A stretch of DNA of 64,000 nucleotides from an uncultured virus (IMG/VR IMGVR_UViG_3300001765_000140). Its lineage: Duplodnaviria > Heunggongvirae > Uroviricota > Caudoviricetes. The position numbers and the translations under genes are program-made. How positions within the stretch are numbered: position 1 is the first letter of the stretch; every line of letters begins with the position of its first letter. The stretch lies in IMG/VR virus record IMGVR_UViG_3300001765_000140, one strand, 5' to 3'. The notes under the pieces were generated by a model. It worked only from the letters and a program-made list of their open reading frames with translations, ran no database searches and was not told where the DNA came from. Below are positions 1 through 5,873 of this stretch, one piece after another.

Positions 1-88
1 TTAAAATATTATATGTCGTTTGTATTTTCAGTAATAATCATCCTTTATTTAATATATTTGGGGATTAGCAGTAATAAGAAGAAGTAAT

Positions 89-170
89 GCTCAGGTGGCT
101 AAGTGGGAACTGGTAGACCTGTCTGACTTAGAATCAGATAACCTTGTGGGTTCGAGTCCCACCCTGAGTA
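89..170 (+). tRNA. tRNA-Leu(TAG), atypical D region and short variable region
   Basis: Acceptor GCTCAGG/CCTGAGT, anticodon arm TCTGA-CTTAGAA-TCAGA, T arm GTGGG-TTCGAGT-CCCAC; preceded by TATATTTG at 53-60. Confidence 0.8.
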
Positions 171-188
171 CTAATTGAATTTTAAATT

Positions 189-491
189 ATGTATAGAGCA
201 GCAAAAGTAGATCGCAATCAGCCGGAAATAGTAAAAGGACTCAGAGCATTAGGATGTTCGGTTCTTATAACAAGTCAGTTGAAAAATTGCTTTGATATCC
301 TGGTTGGAAAGGATGGATGTAACATTGCCATTGAAATAAAGGACGGAGAAAAGCCTTCATGTCAAAGAAAGTTAACAGAAGGAGAGCAGAAATTTTCCGA
401 CGGATGGAGAGGTAACTACGCAGTTGCTAATGACTTACAGGAGGCAATAAAAATAGTTGAGAAAAACATTGGCAGAAATTTGGTTAATTGA
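189..491 (+). CDS. Small PD-(D/E)XK nuclease (VRR-NUC/resolvase-like)
   Basis: AKVDRNQPEIV...FDILVG...IEIKDG pattern of small phage PD-(D/E)XK nucleases. Confidence 0.65.
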   Translation: MYRAAKVDRNQPEIVKGLRALGCSVLITSQLKNCFDILVGKDGCNIAIEIKDGEKPSCQRKLTEGEQKFSDGWRGNYAVANDLQEAIKIVEKNIGRNLVN

Positions 492-510
492 TATTTTTTA
501 CTTATATTTG
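479..510 (+). promoter_or_regulatory. Bacteroidota sigma-A type promoter driving leader ORF and tRNA array
   Basis: TTTG (479-482) ... TATATTTG (503-510), matches the TTTG/TAnnTTTG consensus. Confidence 0.75.
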
Positions 511-532
511 TATCTTAATTCAGAAAATAAAA

Positions 533-631
533 ATGAAACGCACCACGATATATCATAATAGTATTTGTAATCCATCTTCAGTATGGGGCAGAGATACGTT
601 TGTAGATACAGGATTCGGGGTAGATAGATAA
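533..631 (+). CDS. Putative attenuator leader peptide MKRTTIYHNSICNPSSVWGRDTFVDTGFGVDR (32 aa)
   Basis: ATG after A-rich 5' UTR, TAA at 629-631; lies between promoter and terminator; its 3' codons contain the antiterminator strand; below the ORF-track size cut-off. Confidence 0.8.
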   Translation: MKRTTIYHNSICNPSSVWGRDTFVDTGFGVDR

Positions 632-669
632 GGCACATTTAAACGATGTGTTTGAAAAGCCCCGATTCT
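610..669 (+). promoter_or_regulatory. Antiterminator helix of putative attenuator
   Basis: AGGATTCGGGGT (610-621) can pair with GCCCCGATTCT (659-669), the 5' arm of the terminator; internal hairpin GGCACATT/GATGTGTT at 632-652. Confidence 0.7.
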
Positions 670-689
670 AGCAAGAGTTGGGGTTTTTT
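655..689 (+). terminator. Intrinsic terminator (attenuator) upstream of tRNA array
   Basis: AAAAGCCCCGATTCT-AGCA-AGAGTTGGGG followed by TTTTTT. Confidence 0.85.
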
Positions 690-720
690 GTTCTTTGACG
701 TATTGATATTACAAAATAAT

Positions 721-794
721 GGTGGCGCAGAATATTGGCGTATTTTGTCTCCCTGTCACGGAGAAGATTGAGGATTCGAATTCCTTCGTCACCG
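721..794 (+). tRNA. tRNA-Asp(GTC)
   Basis: GGTGGCG/CGTCACC acceptor, TCTCC-CTGTCAC-GGAGA anticodon arm, TTCGAAT T loop. Confidence 0.9.
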
Positions 795-796
795 CA

Positions 797-877
797 GGAG
801 AGGAAACATCGGTTCGATTCCGGCTCGCGATCATCGTTGAGATGGCTGCGGTAGTTTAGTGGTTAAAACGCCTCGTT
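797..877 (+). ncRNA. Circularly permuted tRNA mimic (T arm, closed acceptor stem, D arm; YrlA-like topology)
   Basis: GAGG-AAAC-ATCGG-TTCGATT-CCGGC, hairpin TCGCGATCATC-GTTGA-GATGGCTGCGG, TA-GTTT-AGTGGTTA-AAAC-G-CCTC; ends pair GAGG/CCTC. Confidence 0.75.
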
Positions 878-884
878 AAATAAT

Positions 885-967
885 GGAGGGTAGCGCCCAA
901 TGGTGGGTAAGCGGTTTTGAACACCGTGCCAACTACAAGGTTGAGAGTTCGATTCTTTTATCCTCCG
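885..967 (+). tRNA. tRNA-Ser(TGA)
   Basis: GGAGGGT/ATCCTCC, GCGGT-TTTGAAC-ACCGT, long variable arm, G discriminator. Confidence 0.88.
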
Positions 968-973
968 CAAAAT

Positions 974-1048
974 GGGAATGTAGCTCAGTGGTAGATAAGC
1001 AGTACGCTGTTAACGTAATGGTCGGTGGTTCGATCCCATCCATTCCCG
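974..1048 (+). tRNA. tRNA-Asn(GTT)
   Basis: GGGAATG/CATTCCC, TACG-CTGTTAA-CGTA, GGTGG-TTCGATC-CCATC. Confidence 0.9.
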
Positions 1049-1119
1049 CGGATTTGGTTATCACTAAACATATTTAAGGAAGTGAAAAGCAGCGCAACAG
1101 TGCGATATCTGTTGCTCAT

Positions 1120-1196
1120 GTTCTTTTAGCTCAGCCTGGTAGAGCAACCGCCTGATACGCGGGAGGTCGGGAGTTCAAATCTCTCATGGAACACCA
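1120..1196 (+). tRNA. tRNA-Ile(GAT)
   Basis: CCGC-CTGATAC-GCGG anticodon arm, canonical D/T arms, encoded CCA. Confidence 0.9.
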
Positions 1197-1197
1197 A

Positions 1198-1276
1198 GGG
1201 TAAGTCTCTGAGAAATGAATGTATGTGGGGTCGGTAATTCAAACTCTACGTATTCTTTATCGGGTAATGACTGCCC
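1198..1276 (+). ncRNA. Rod-like hairpin RNA of unknown function within tRNA array
   Basis: Nested pairings GGGTAAGTC/GACTGCCC, TCTGAGAAA/TTTATCGGG, GAATGTATGTGGGGT/ACTCTACGTATTC with many G-U pairs. Confidence 0.5.
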
Positions 1277-1286
1277 GCGTAATAAT

Positions 1287-1360
1287 GGATTGATAGCTCA
1301 GTTGGTAGTAGCGCCTCCCTGAAGAGGAGGAGGTCGGTGGTTCAAATCCATCTCATTCCA
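1287..1360 (+). tRNA. tRNA-Phe(GAA)
   Basis: CCTCC-CTGAAGA-GGAGG anticodon arm, GGTGG-TTCAAAT-CCATC. Confidence 0.9.
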
Positions 1361-1366
1361 CAAAAT

Positions 1367-1438
1367 GCAAGGTATAGCTTAATTGGTAAAGCGAGACCCT
1401 TCCAAGGTCAGGACGCGGTTCGAATCCGATACTTTGCT
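1367..1438 (+). tRNA. tRNA-Gly(TCC), apparent 8-bp acceptor and shortened T stem
   Basis: GCAAGGTA/TACTTTGC, GACC-CTTCCAA-GGTC, CGG-TTCGAAT-CCG, U discriminator. Confidence 0.82.
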
Positions 1439-1443
1439 CTAAT

Positions 1444-1517
1444 GCCCTTTTAGCTCAGCCTGGCAGAGCTACTCCCTCTTAAGGAGAAGGTCGGTGGTTC
1501 AAATCCATCAAGGGGCA
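1444..1517 (+). tRNA. tRNA-Lys(CTT)
   Basis: GCCCTTT/AAGGGGC, CTCC-CTCTTAA-GGAG. Confidence 0.92.
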
Positions 1518-1521
1518 CAAT

Positions 1522-1587
1522 GGGAGACGATTGGATCGTTGGATTGGCGTAACGTCGGTCGTGGAGTTAATGGACTGACTCCATCCC
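1522..1587 (+). ncRNA. Four-way-junction structured RNA (non-tRNA) within tRNA array
   Basis: Closing GGGA/TCCC plus hairpins GACGAT-TGG-ATCGTT, GATTGGCG-TAA-CGTCGGTC, GGAGTTA-ATGGAC-TGACTCC. Confidence 0.55.
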
Positions 1588-1599
1588 TGAGGCAATAAT

Positions 1600-1672
1600 C
1601 TCTTCGTAGCTCCAGAGGTAGAGCTGCTCCCTTTTAAGGAGAGGGTCGGTGGTTCGAATCCATCCGGAGAGA
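1600..1672 (+). tRNA. tRNA-Lys(TTT)
   Basis: CTCTTCG/CGGAGAG, CTCC-CTTTTAA-GGAG. Confidence 0.92.
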
Positions 1673-1677
1673 CACAT

Positions 1678-1750
1678 GCGCTTGTAGCTCAATGGATAGA
1701 GCGTGAAGCTACGAACTTTGAGGTTGGGGGTTCGAGTCCCTCCTAGCGTA
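1678..1750 (+). tRNA. tRNA-Arg(ACG)
   Basis: TGAAG-CTACGAA-CTTTG, AATGGATA D loop. Confidence 0.92.
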
Positions 1751-1756
1751 CTAAAT

Positions 1757-1829
1757 GCGTGATTAGTTCAGTTGGTAGAATAGCGCTCTCCAAAAGCGAA
1801 GGTCGGTGGTTCGAATCCATCATTGCGTG
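1757..1829 (+). tRNA. tRNA-Trp(CCA)
   Basis: GCGTGAT/ATTGCGT, CGCT-CTCCAAA-AGCG, G discriminator. Confidence 0.92.
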
Positions 1830-1835
1830 CAAAAC

Positions 1836-1907
1836 GCTTCTTTATTTCAGTGGAAGAATGCTTCCCTTACATGGAAGAGGTCGGGAGTTCGAATCTCTCA
1901 AGAAGCA
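1836..1907 (+). tRNA. tRNA-Val(TAC)
   Basis: GCTTCTT/AAGAAGC, CTTCC-CTTACAT-GGAAG. Confidence 0.9.
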
Positions 1908-1913
1908 CTTCAT

Positions 1914-1986
1914 GTCTCCGTAGTTCAGCGAATAGAACATCGCTCTTCTAAGGCGAGTGTCGGGGGTTTGATTCCCTCCGGAGATA
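1914..1986 (+). tRNA. tRNA-Arg(TCT)
   Basis: GTCTCCG/CGGAGAT, TCGCT-CTTCTAA-GGCGA. Confidence 0.88.
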
Positions 1987-1992
1987 CTACAC

Positions 1993-2066
1993 TTGCCCTT
2001 GGCGCAATTCGGTAGCGCAGCTCGCTCATAACGAGAAGGTTGTAGGATCATACCCTGCAGGGCAAA
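1993..2066 (+). tRNA. tRNA with CAT anticodon (Met; Ile2 not excluded)
   Basis: TTGCCCT/AGGGCAA, CTCG-CTCATAA-CGAG, atypical T loop ATCATAC. Confidence 0.85.
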
Positions 2067-2072
2067 CTAAAC

Positions 2073-2140
2073 GGGATAGACTCAGGGAACGGACGAGTCT
2101 GTAAAACTTCAGCCAGGGGCTTCGAATGCCTCCTATCCCA
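2073..2140 (+). tRNA. tRNA-Tyr(GTA), reduced D arm and short variable region
   Basis: GGGATAG/CTATCCC, GAGT-CTGTAAA-ACTT, GGGGC-TTCGAAT-GCCTC; only 68 nt. Confidence 0.75.
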
Positions 2141-2150
2141 CAATCAACAC

Positions 2151-2222
2151 GGTGTTTGTAGCTCAATGGTAGAGTGCCTGACTGTGAATCAGGAGACGGC
2201 AGATCGATACTGCTCTTACACC
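2151..2222 (+). tRNA. tRNA-His(GTG)
   Basis: G-1:C73 pair, CCTGA-CTGTGAA-TCAGG, T loop ATCGATA. Confidence 0.88.
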
Positions 2223-2225
2223 CAA

Positions 2226-2364
2226 CATCGGCAGTCGTAAGTGATGCTCCGATATTCCGAAGGACTATATAGCGGGTCAGGCAAGACAAATACCGTTTTA
2301 TAGCCTCAGAGATATCATTAACCTGGAATGGGCAGGAGAATGCGGTAGAATTCCGCACCGATGA
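2226..2364 (+). ncRNA. tRNA-like RNA with ~84-nt structured insert replacing the anticodon loop
   Basis: Acceptor-like CATCGG/CCGATG, T arm TGCGG-TAGAATT-CCGCA, CTCC/GGAG stem enclosing helix CTATATAGCGG/CCGTTTTATAG. Confidence 0.55.
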
Positions 2365-2372
2365 AAACATAA

Positions 2373-2448
2373 CGAGTAGTTCCTGCAGCTGGCTATACGG
2401 GCTTGACCTGGAATCAAGTGTTCGGGGGTTCGATTCCCTCCTACTCGA
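2373..2448 (+). tRNA. tRNA-Pro(TGG), C33/A37 variant
   Basis: CGAGTAG/CTACTCG with C1-G72 and A73, CTTGA-CCTGGAA-TCAAG. Confidence 0.8.
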
Positions 2449-2454
2449 CTAAAT

Positions 2455-2526
2455 GCTTCTCAAACATAGTTGGCGATGTGCTAGCCTTGTAAGCTTGAAA
2501 GATGGGTTCGATTCCTATGAGAAGCT
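2455..2526 (+). tRNA. tRNA-Thr(TGT)
   Basis: GCTTCTC/GAGAAGC, AGC-CTTGTAA-GCT, TTCGATT T loop. Confidence 0.88.
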
Positions 2527-2532
2527 CTATAT

Positions 2533-2607
2533 GCAACTGTGTCTGAGTGGCTTAGGTGTCGGTCTGCAAAACCGATTACATTGGTTCAATTCCAATCAGT
2601 TGCTCCA
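2533..2607 (+). tRNA. tRNA-Cys(GCA)
   Basis: GCAACTG/CAGTTGC, TCGGT-CTGCAAA-ACCGA, U73 and encoded CCA. Confidence 0.93.
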
Positions 2608-2609
2608 AT

Positions 2610-2692
2610 GGAGGTTTGGCGTAATGGTAGCGCAGCAGTTTGCTAAACTGTCCGTCAGAAATGGCGTATGAGTTCGATCCTCGTATCCTCCG
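2610..2692 (+). tRNA. tRNA-Ser(GCT)
   Basis: GCAGT-TTGCTAA-ACTGT, long variable arm, G discriminator. Confidence 0.9.
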
Positions 2693-2703
2693 CTAAAATA
2701 AAT

Positions 2704-2734
2704 TTTGTAATGTCAATATTTATTCGTATATTTG
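2704..2734 (+). promoter_or_regulatory. Bacteroidota-type promoter
   Basis: TTTG ... TATATTTG upstream of the 2753 ORF. Confidence 0.7.
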
Positions 2735-2752
2735 TTTTAAATATATACTGAT

Positions 2753-3517
2753 ATGTCACTAGCATCTCGTGGATCAAAAACGATTACAGGTGGAATTGAA
2801 GTATCCATCCAAGATCAGACAAGCGATATAGTTGATCTTTACTTACGTAGGGACTTGGGGAGTCTATCCCTATCGTCAACAAAGGCAATCAATGATAATG
2901 TTTTAAATGTAGTAAGCGCAGCAGGAGTTGTTGCTGGTAATATGGTTTGCTTAAAGCAAGACGGAAGGTTTTATCAGGGAACTGTTTTGAGTGTAAATGG
3001 TAATGACATAACCCTTGATACTCCACTTGATTACGCATTTAATACACTGGCTGTGGCTCAGTATGCTGAATCTAATTTAGCAACATCATCCGGAACTATA
3101 GCAGCTCCTTATATATATTACATAACCCCTCCTAGTGGAGTTAAGTGGGATGTTACCCGCGTATTGTTTCATATTGAAGATGCTAGTACAATGGATGATG
3201 GTACTTTTGGAGGAATTGTTAAATTAACCAATGGAATAGTCCTAAGGGCAAGGGATGGATTGGCAAAGAATATATTTAATGCCAAGACTAATGGAGAATT
3301 AGCATTAAGATGTGATGAAAGAGAATATGTCACCAAGCCTCCATCCGGAACGGGATATGCAGTTAATTTCATTAGACATTTTACAGGTCAGGATAGAAAT
3401 GGGGTGGCAATTAGGCTTGACGGAAGTAAAAATGATGCGCTACAAGTGTTAGTTCAGGACAATTTAACAGGATTATCGCTGTTTTTATGCACACTACAGG
3501 GTCATGTTGTGGAATAA
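2753..3517 (+). CDS. Hypothetical protein, probably virion-associated beta-rich protein
   Basis: 254 aa ORF, T/S/G/V-rich, own promoter. Confidence 0.6.
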   Translation: MSLASRGSKTITGGIEVSIQDQTSDIVDLYLRRDLGSLSLSSTKAINDNVLNVVSAAGVVAGNMVCLKQDGRFYQGTVLSVNGNDITLDTPLDYAFNTLAVAQYAESNLATSSGTIAAPYIYYITPPSGVKWDVTRVLFHIEDASTMDDGTFGGIVKLTNGIVLRARDGLAKNIFNAKTNGELALRCDEREYVTKPPSGTGYAVNFIRHFTGQDRNGVAIRLDGSKNDALQVLVQDNLTGLSLFLCTLQGHVVE

Positions 3518-3520
3518 TTA

Positions 3521-3552
3521 TTTGGATATTACAATATTTTTTCGTATCTTTG
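3521..3552 (+). promoter_or_regulatory. Bacteroidota-type promoter
   Basis: TTTG ... TATCTTTG. Confidence 0.7.
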
Positions 3553-3595
3553 TATCCCATTCACAATGTCGTGTTTCGGGTTAACCTAAGAAATT

Positions 3596-4048
3596 ATGGG
3601 GCGTATTACAGAAATCACAAAAAAACAAGCTGTTCCTCGTATAGTCGAGAAAGCAACAGCAGACCTTCCGGCTTCTACAGTTGGTAATTTATTTACAGTT
3701 ACAGGGAAAATCCTTGTTCATCAGATTATCGGTGAGGTGACTACAATAGTTCAAACACAGGCATGTAACGCTAAACTTATTGCCAACCCTACAGTTGGTG
3801 CTGACGTTGACATGTGTGCCGTTCTTGACATAACCGCAGCTGCAGTTGGAGCAACTCTTAATATCACAGGAACTCTTGCTAACGCGATGGTTAAGACTGT
3901 TGGTGGAGCTGGTGTAGCTCAGGTTGCTCCTCTTATAGTTCATGAAGGAGCTATTCAGCTTAGCACTTCAGCAACTAATACAGGAAAAATCAAGTGGACT
4001 ATTCATTATACTCCAATTGACCAGGCTGCTACCGTTGTTGCAGCATAG
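3596..4048 (+). CDS. Hypothetical abundant structural protein (decoration/head fibre-like)
   Basis: 150 aa A/T/V-rich, capsid-gene-like codon usage, own promoter and terminator. Confidence 0.55.
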   Translation: MGRITEITKKQAVPRIVEKATADLPASTVGNLFTVTGKILVHQIIGEVTTIVQTQACNAKLIANPTVGADVDMCAVLDITAAAVGATLNITGTLANAMVKTVGGAGVAQVAPLIVHEGAIQLSTSATNTGKIKWTIHYTPIDQAATVVAA

Positions 4049-4065
4049 TAACTTTATAAAATAAG

Positions 4066-4097
4066 AAAAGAGAGACATATTATATGTCTCTTTTTTT
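4066..4097 (+). terminator. Intrinsic terminator
   Basis: AAAAGAGAGACATAT-T-ATATGTCTC-TTTTTTT. Confidence 0.75.
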
Positions 4098-4126
4098 GTT
4101 TATATCAAAAATTATTCGTATATTTG
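4095..4126 (+). promoter_or_regulatory. Bacteroidota-type promoter
   Basis: TTTG ... TATATTTG. Confidence 0.7.
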
Positions 4127-4188
4127 CATCTGAATCTTGAAAAGTCGAGACCACTTTGTAACTTTGTTTTACTTATAATACGATTAGT

Positions 4189-5400
4189 ATGATTATCAAC
4201 AACATGGCTAATGACATTGAATTTTATTTCAGTGCCACAGAAAGACAGACATACCCTAAGCTTGGATTAAGAACCAAAGTAAAAGGCGATTATGTTATTA
4301 TAACCTCCTTTAATGGTGGTTTTGCTCCGTCCGGAGACAATGCATCCCTGAGAATCAGATGGCAAGACGTAACTTCACCTACGGTAACTAGCGCTTCAAC
4401 ACTATCTGTTATTATAATGGGGTACGCTTCGGGAGTGTCATTAGGTGGTGGCGCGTCAGCCGGAGGCGGAAATAATACATACAGTACAGCTAGTAATGAT
4501 TTCATTGCTACTCCTACCGTTGGCGCTAAAACTATCACCATAACCGGACTTCCGTTTATATTGGAAGCTAAGCATGTCATTGCCGGATGGGTTAAAAAGC
4601 GTACATCAACAGGAGTAGTTTCTACCGTAGCTACAGCTAACGTGGTGGTTTCAGGAGGAGTTGTTACTCTTAGCGAAGAATCAAATAACTTTGCATCGGG
4701 AGACGAGATAATTATGACTCTAGTCGGAGCTGACAAGGCATACGATCAGGTGTTAGATAATCAATTAGTTAATGTTCAGAATCCTGACTATGCTCACACC
4801 ACATCAGTTGAAACACTGGCATCTGGAACTAACCTAGGAACTCGTGCTCAGCATACAGGTGGAGTTAATGCAGCTGCTCTTGCAACAACCGGAACTGCTT
4901 TTTCAAATGCCAACGTAGCTATTGGGTATAAGGCATACAACACAACTGATGGTAGTAATGCTACAGTAACATCTGTTTCTGCTCTAGCAATGATCGGAAC
5001 TCTTGCCGGAGGAGTTGAAAATGATTGGGATACAGGCGACTTTGCAAACCTTCCTGGCGCATCGAGATTTGAAATATCCATGGATACTTATAAGAACCTA
5101 AGTATTCATTATAAAATGACTACCGGAACTGCTGCAGATAAAATGGTTATGCAGATTTGGGGAACTAACAATGCCGCAGCTACAGTTGACGACGATACTT
5201 CATGGGTTAATCTTTCAGCTGATTTCCTTGGTTCTTTAGCCGGAGTTTCTGTTACAGGAATCGCAGCATCTTTGGAAGATATCCTGTTTATTGACATTAA
5301 CCTGACTGTTCTTAAGTTGATGGTTAAATTGGTTTCTGAGTGCTCAACAAACGGAGCGTTTTCAAATGCATACGATATTTACGTTAAAAAAGCTAGCTAA
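4189..5400 (+). CDS. Putative structural/fibre protein
   Basis: 403 aa G/T/A/S-rich ORF. Confidence 0.55.
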   Translation: MIINNMANDIEFYFSATERQTYPKLGLRTKVKGDYVIITSFNGGFAPSGDNASLRIRWQDVTSPTVTSASTLSVIIMGYASGVSLGGGASAGGGNNTYSTASNDFIATPTVGAKTITITGLPFILEAKHVIAGWVKKRTSTGVVSTVATANVVVSGGVVTLSEESNNFASGDEIIMTLVGADKAYDQVLDNQLVNVQNPDYAHTTSVETLASGTNLGTRAQHTGGVNAAALATTGTAFSNANVAIGYKAYNTTDGSNATVTSVSALAMIGTLAGGVENDWDTGDFANLPGASRFEISMDTYKNLSIHYKMTTGTAADKMVMQIWGTNNAAATVDDDTSWVNLSADFLGSLAGVSVTGIAASLEDILFIDINLTVLKLMVKLVSECSTNGAFSNAYDIYVKKAS

Positions 5401-5402
5401 TT

Positions 5403-5870
5403 ATGACAACTATAGGATTTAGATATTTTGACAATCCTGCTCAGGCAGTATCAAGAACAATGAAACAGCAAGTGGGAGACTTGACTCCTGAGTTGAGACA
5501 ATTAGTGTACGATGCTTTTGCTGCCGGAAAACATCCTAATATTGTAAAGCATCAGCTTTCGATATCTCAGGATTTAATCGAATATATTTACGAGGGCATA
5601 TCAAACATGCAAATTAGATGCGCCCAAGTAATGAGAAGGGAAATAATAATTACTCCTGCCGTTTTAAACGCACAAGGAGTCATTATCACTCCGGCTGTGA
5701 TGAATGTAGCCCCTGCTACAATAGGTGATCTTAAAACGGCTATAACAGCTGAATTTTCTGAAGACTTTCCAGGTACTGCAATAAATAACATAATTAACAC
5801 TATGGTTAATTGGAGCAGGTATGATGGATCTGGTAATTTTTCTTTTTATGCTACCAATGTAAAACTCTAG
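5403..5870 (+). CDS. Hypothetical protein
   Basis: 155 aa ORF in operon; IITPAV repeat. Confidence 0.6.
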   Translation: MTTIGFRYFDNPAQAVSRTMKQQVGDLTPELRQLVYDAFAAGKHPNIVKHQLSISQDLIEYIYEGISNMQIRCAQVMRREIIITPAVLNAQGVIITPAVMNVAPATIGDLKTAITAEFSEDFPGTAINNIINTMVNWSRYDGSGNFSFYATNVKL

Positions 5871-5873
5871 CAA

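Noticed and set aside
885..967. Possible selenocysteine or stop-suppressor tRNA, or genetic-code reassignment
   Set aside because: The 7-nt loop TTTGAAC gives anticodon TGA (Ser). No CTA/TCA/TTA anticodons were found, and long ORFs are intact in the standard code.
883..2671. ORF-track ORFs at 883-1077, 1806-2015, 1842-2051, 2026-2370 and 2453-2671
   Set aside because: They overlap well-formed tRNA genes and are chance frames.
721..2692. Recurring GGTTCGA/TAGCTCA motifs as a CRISPR-like array
   Set aside because: These are tRNA T and D arm motifs. There are no identical repeats with spacers and no cas operon.
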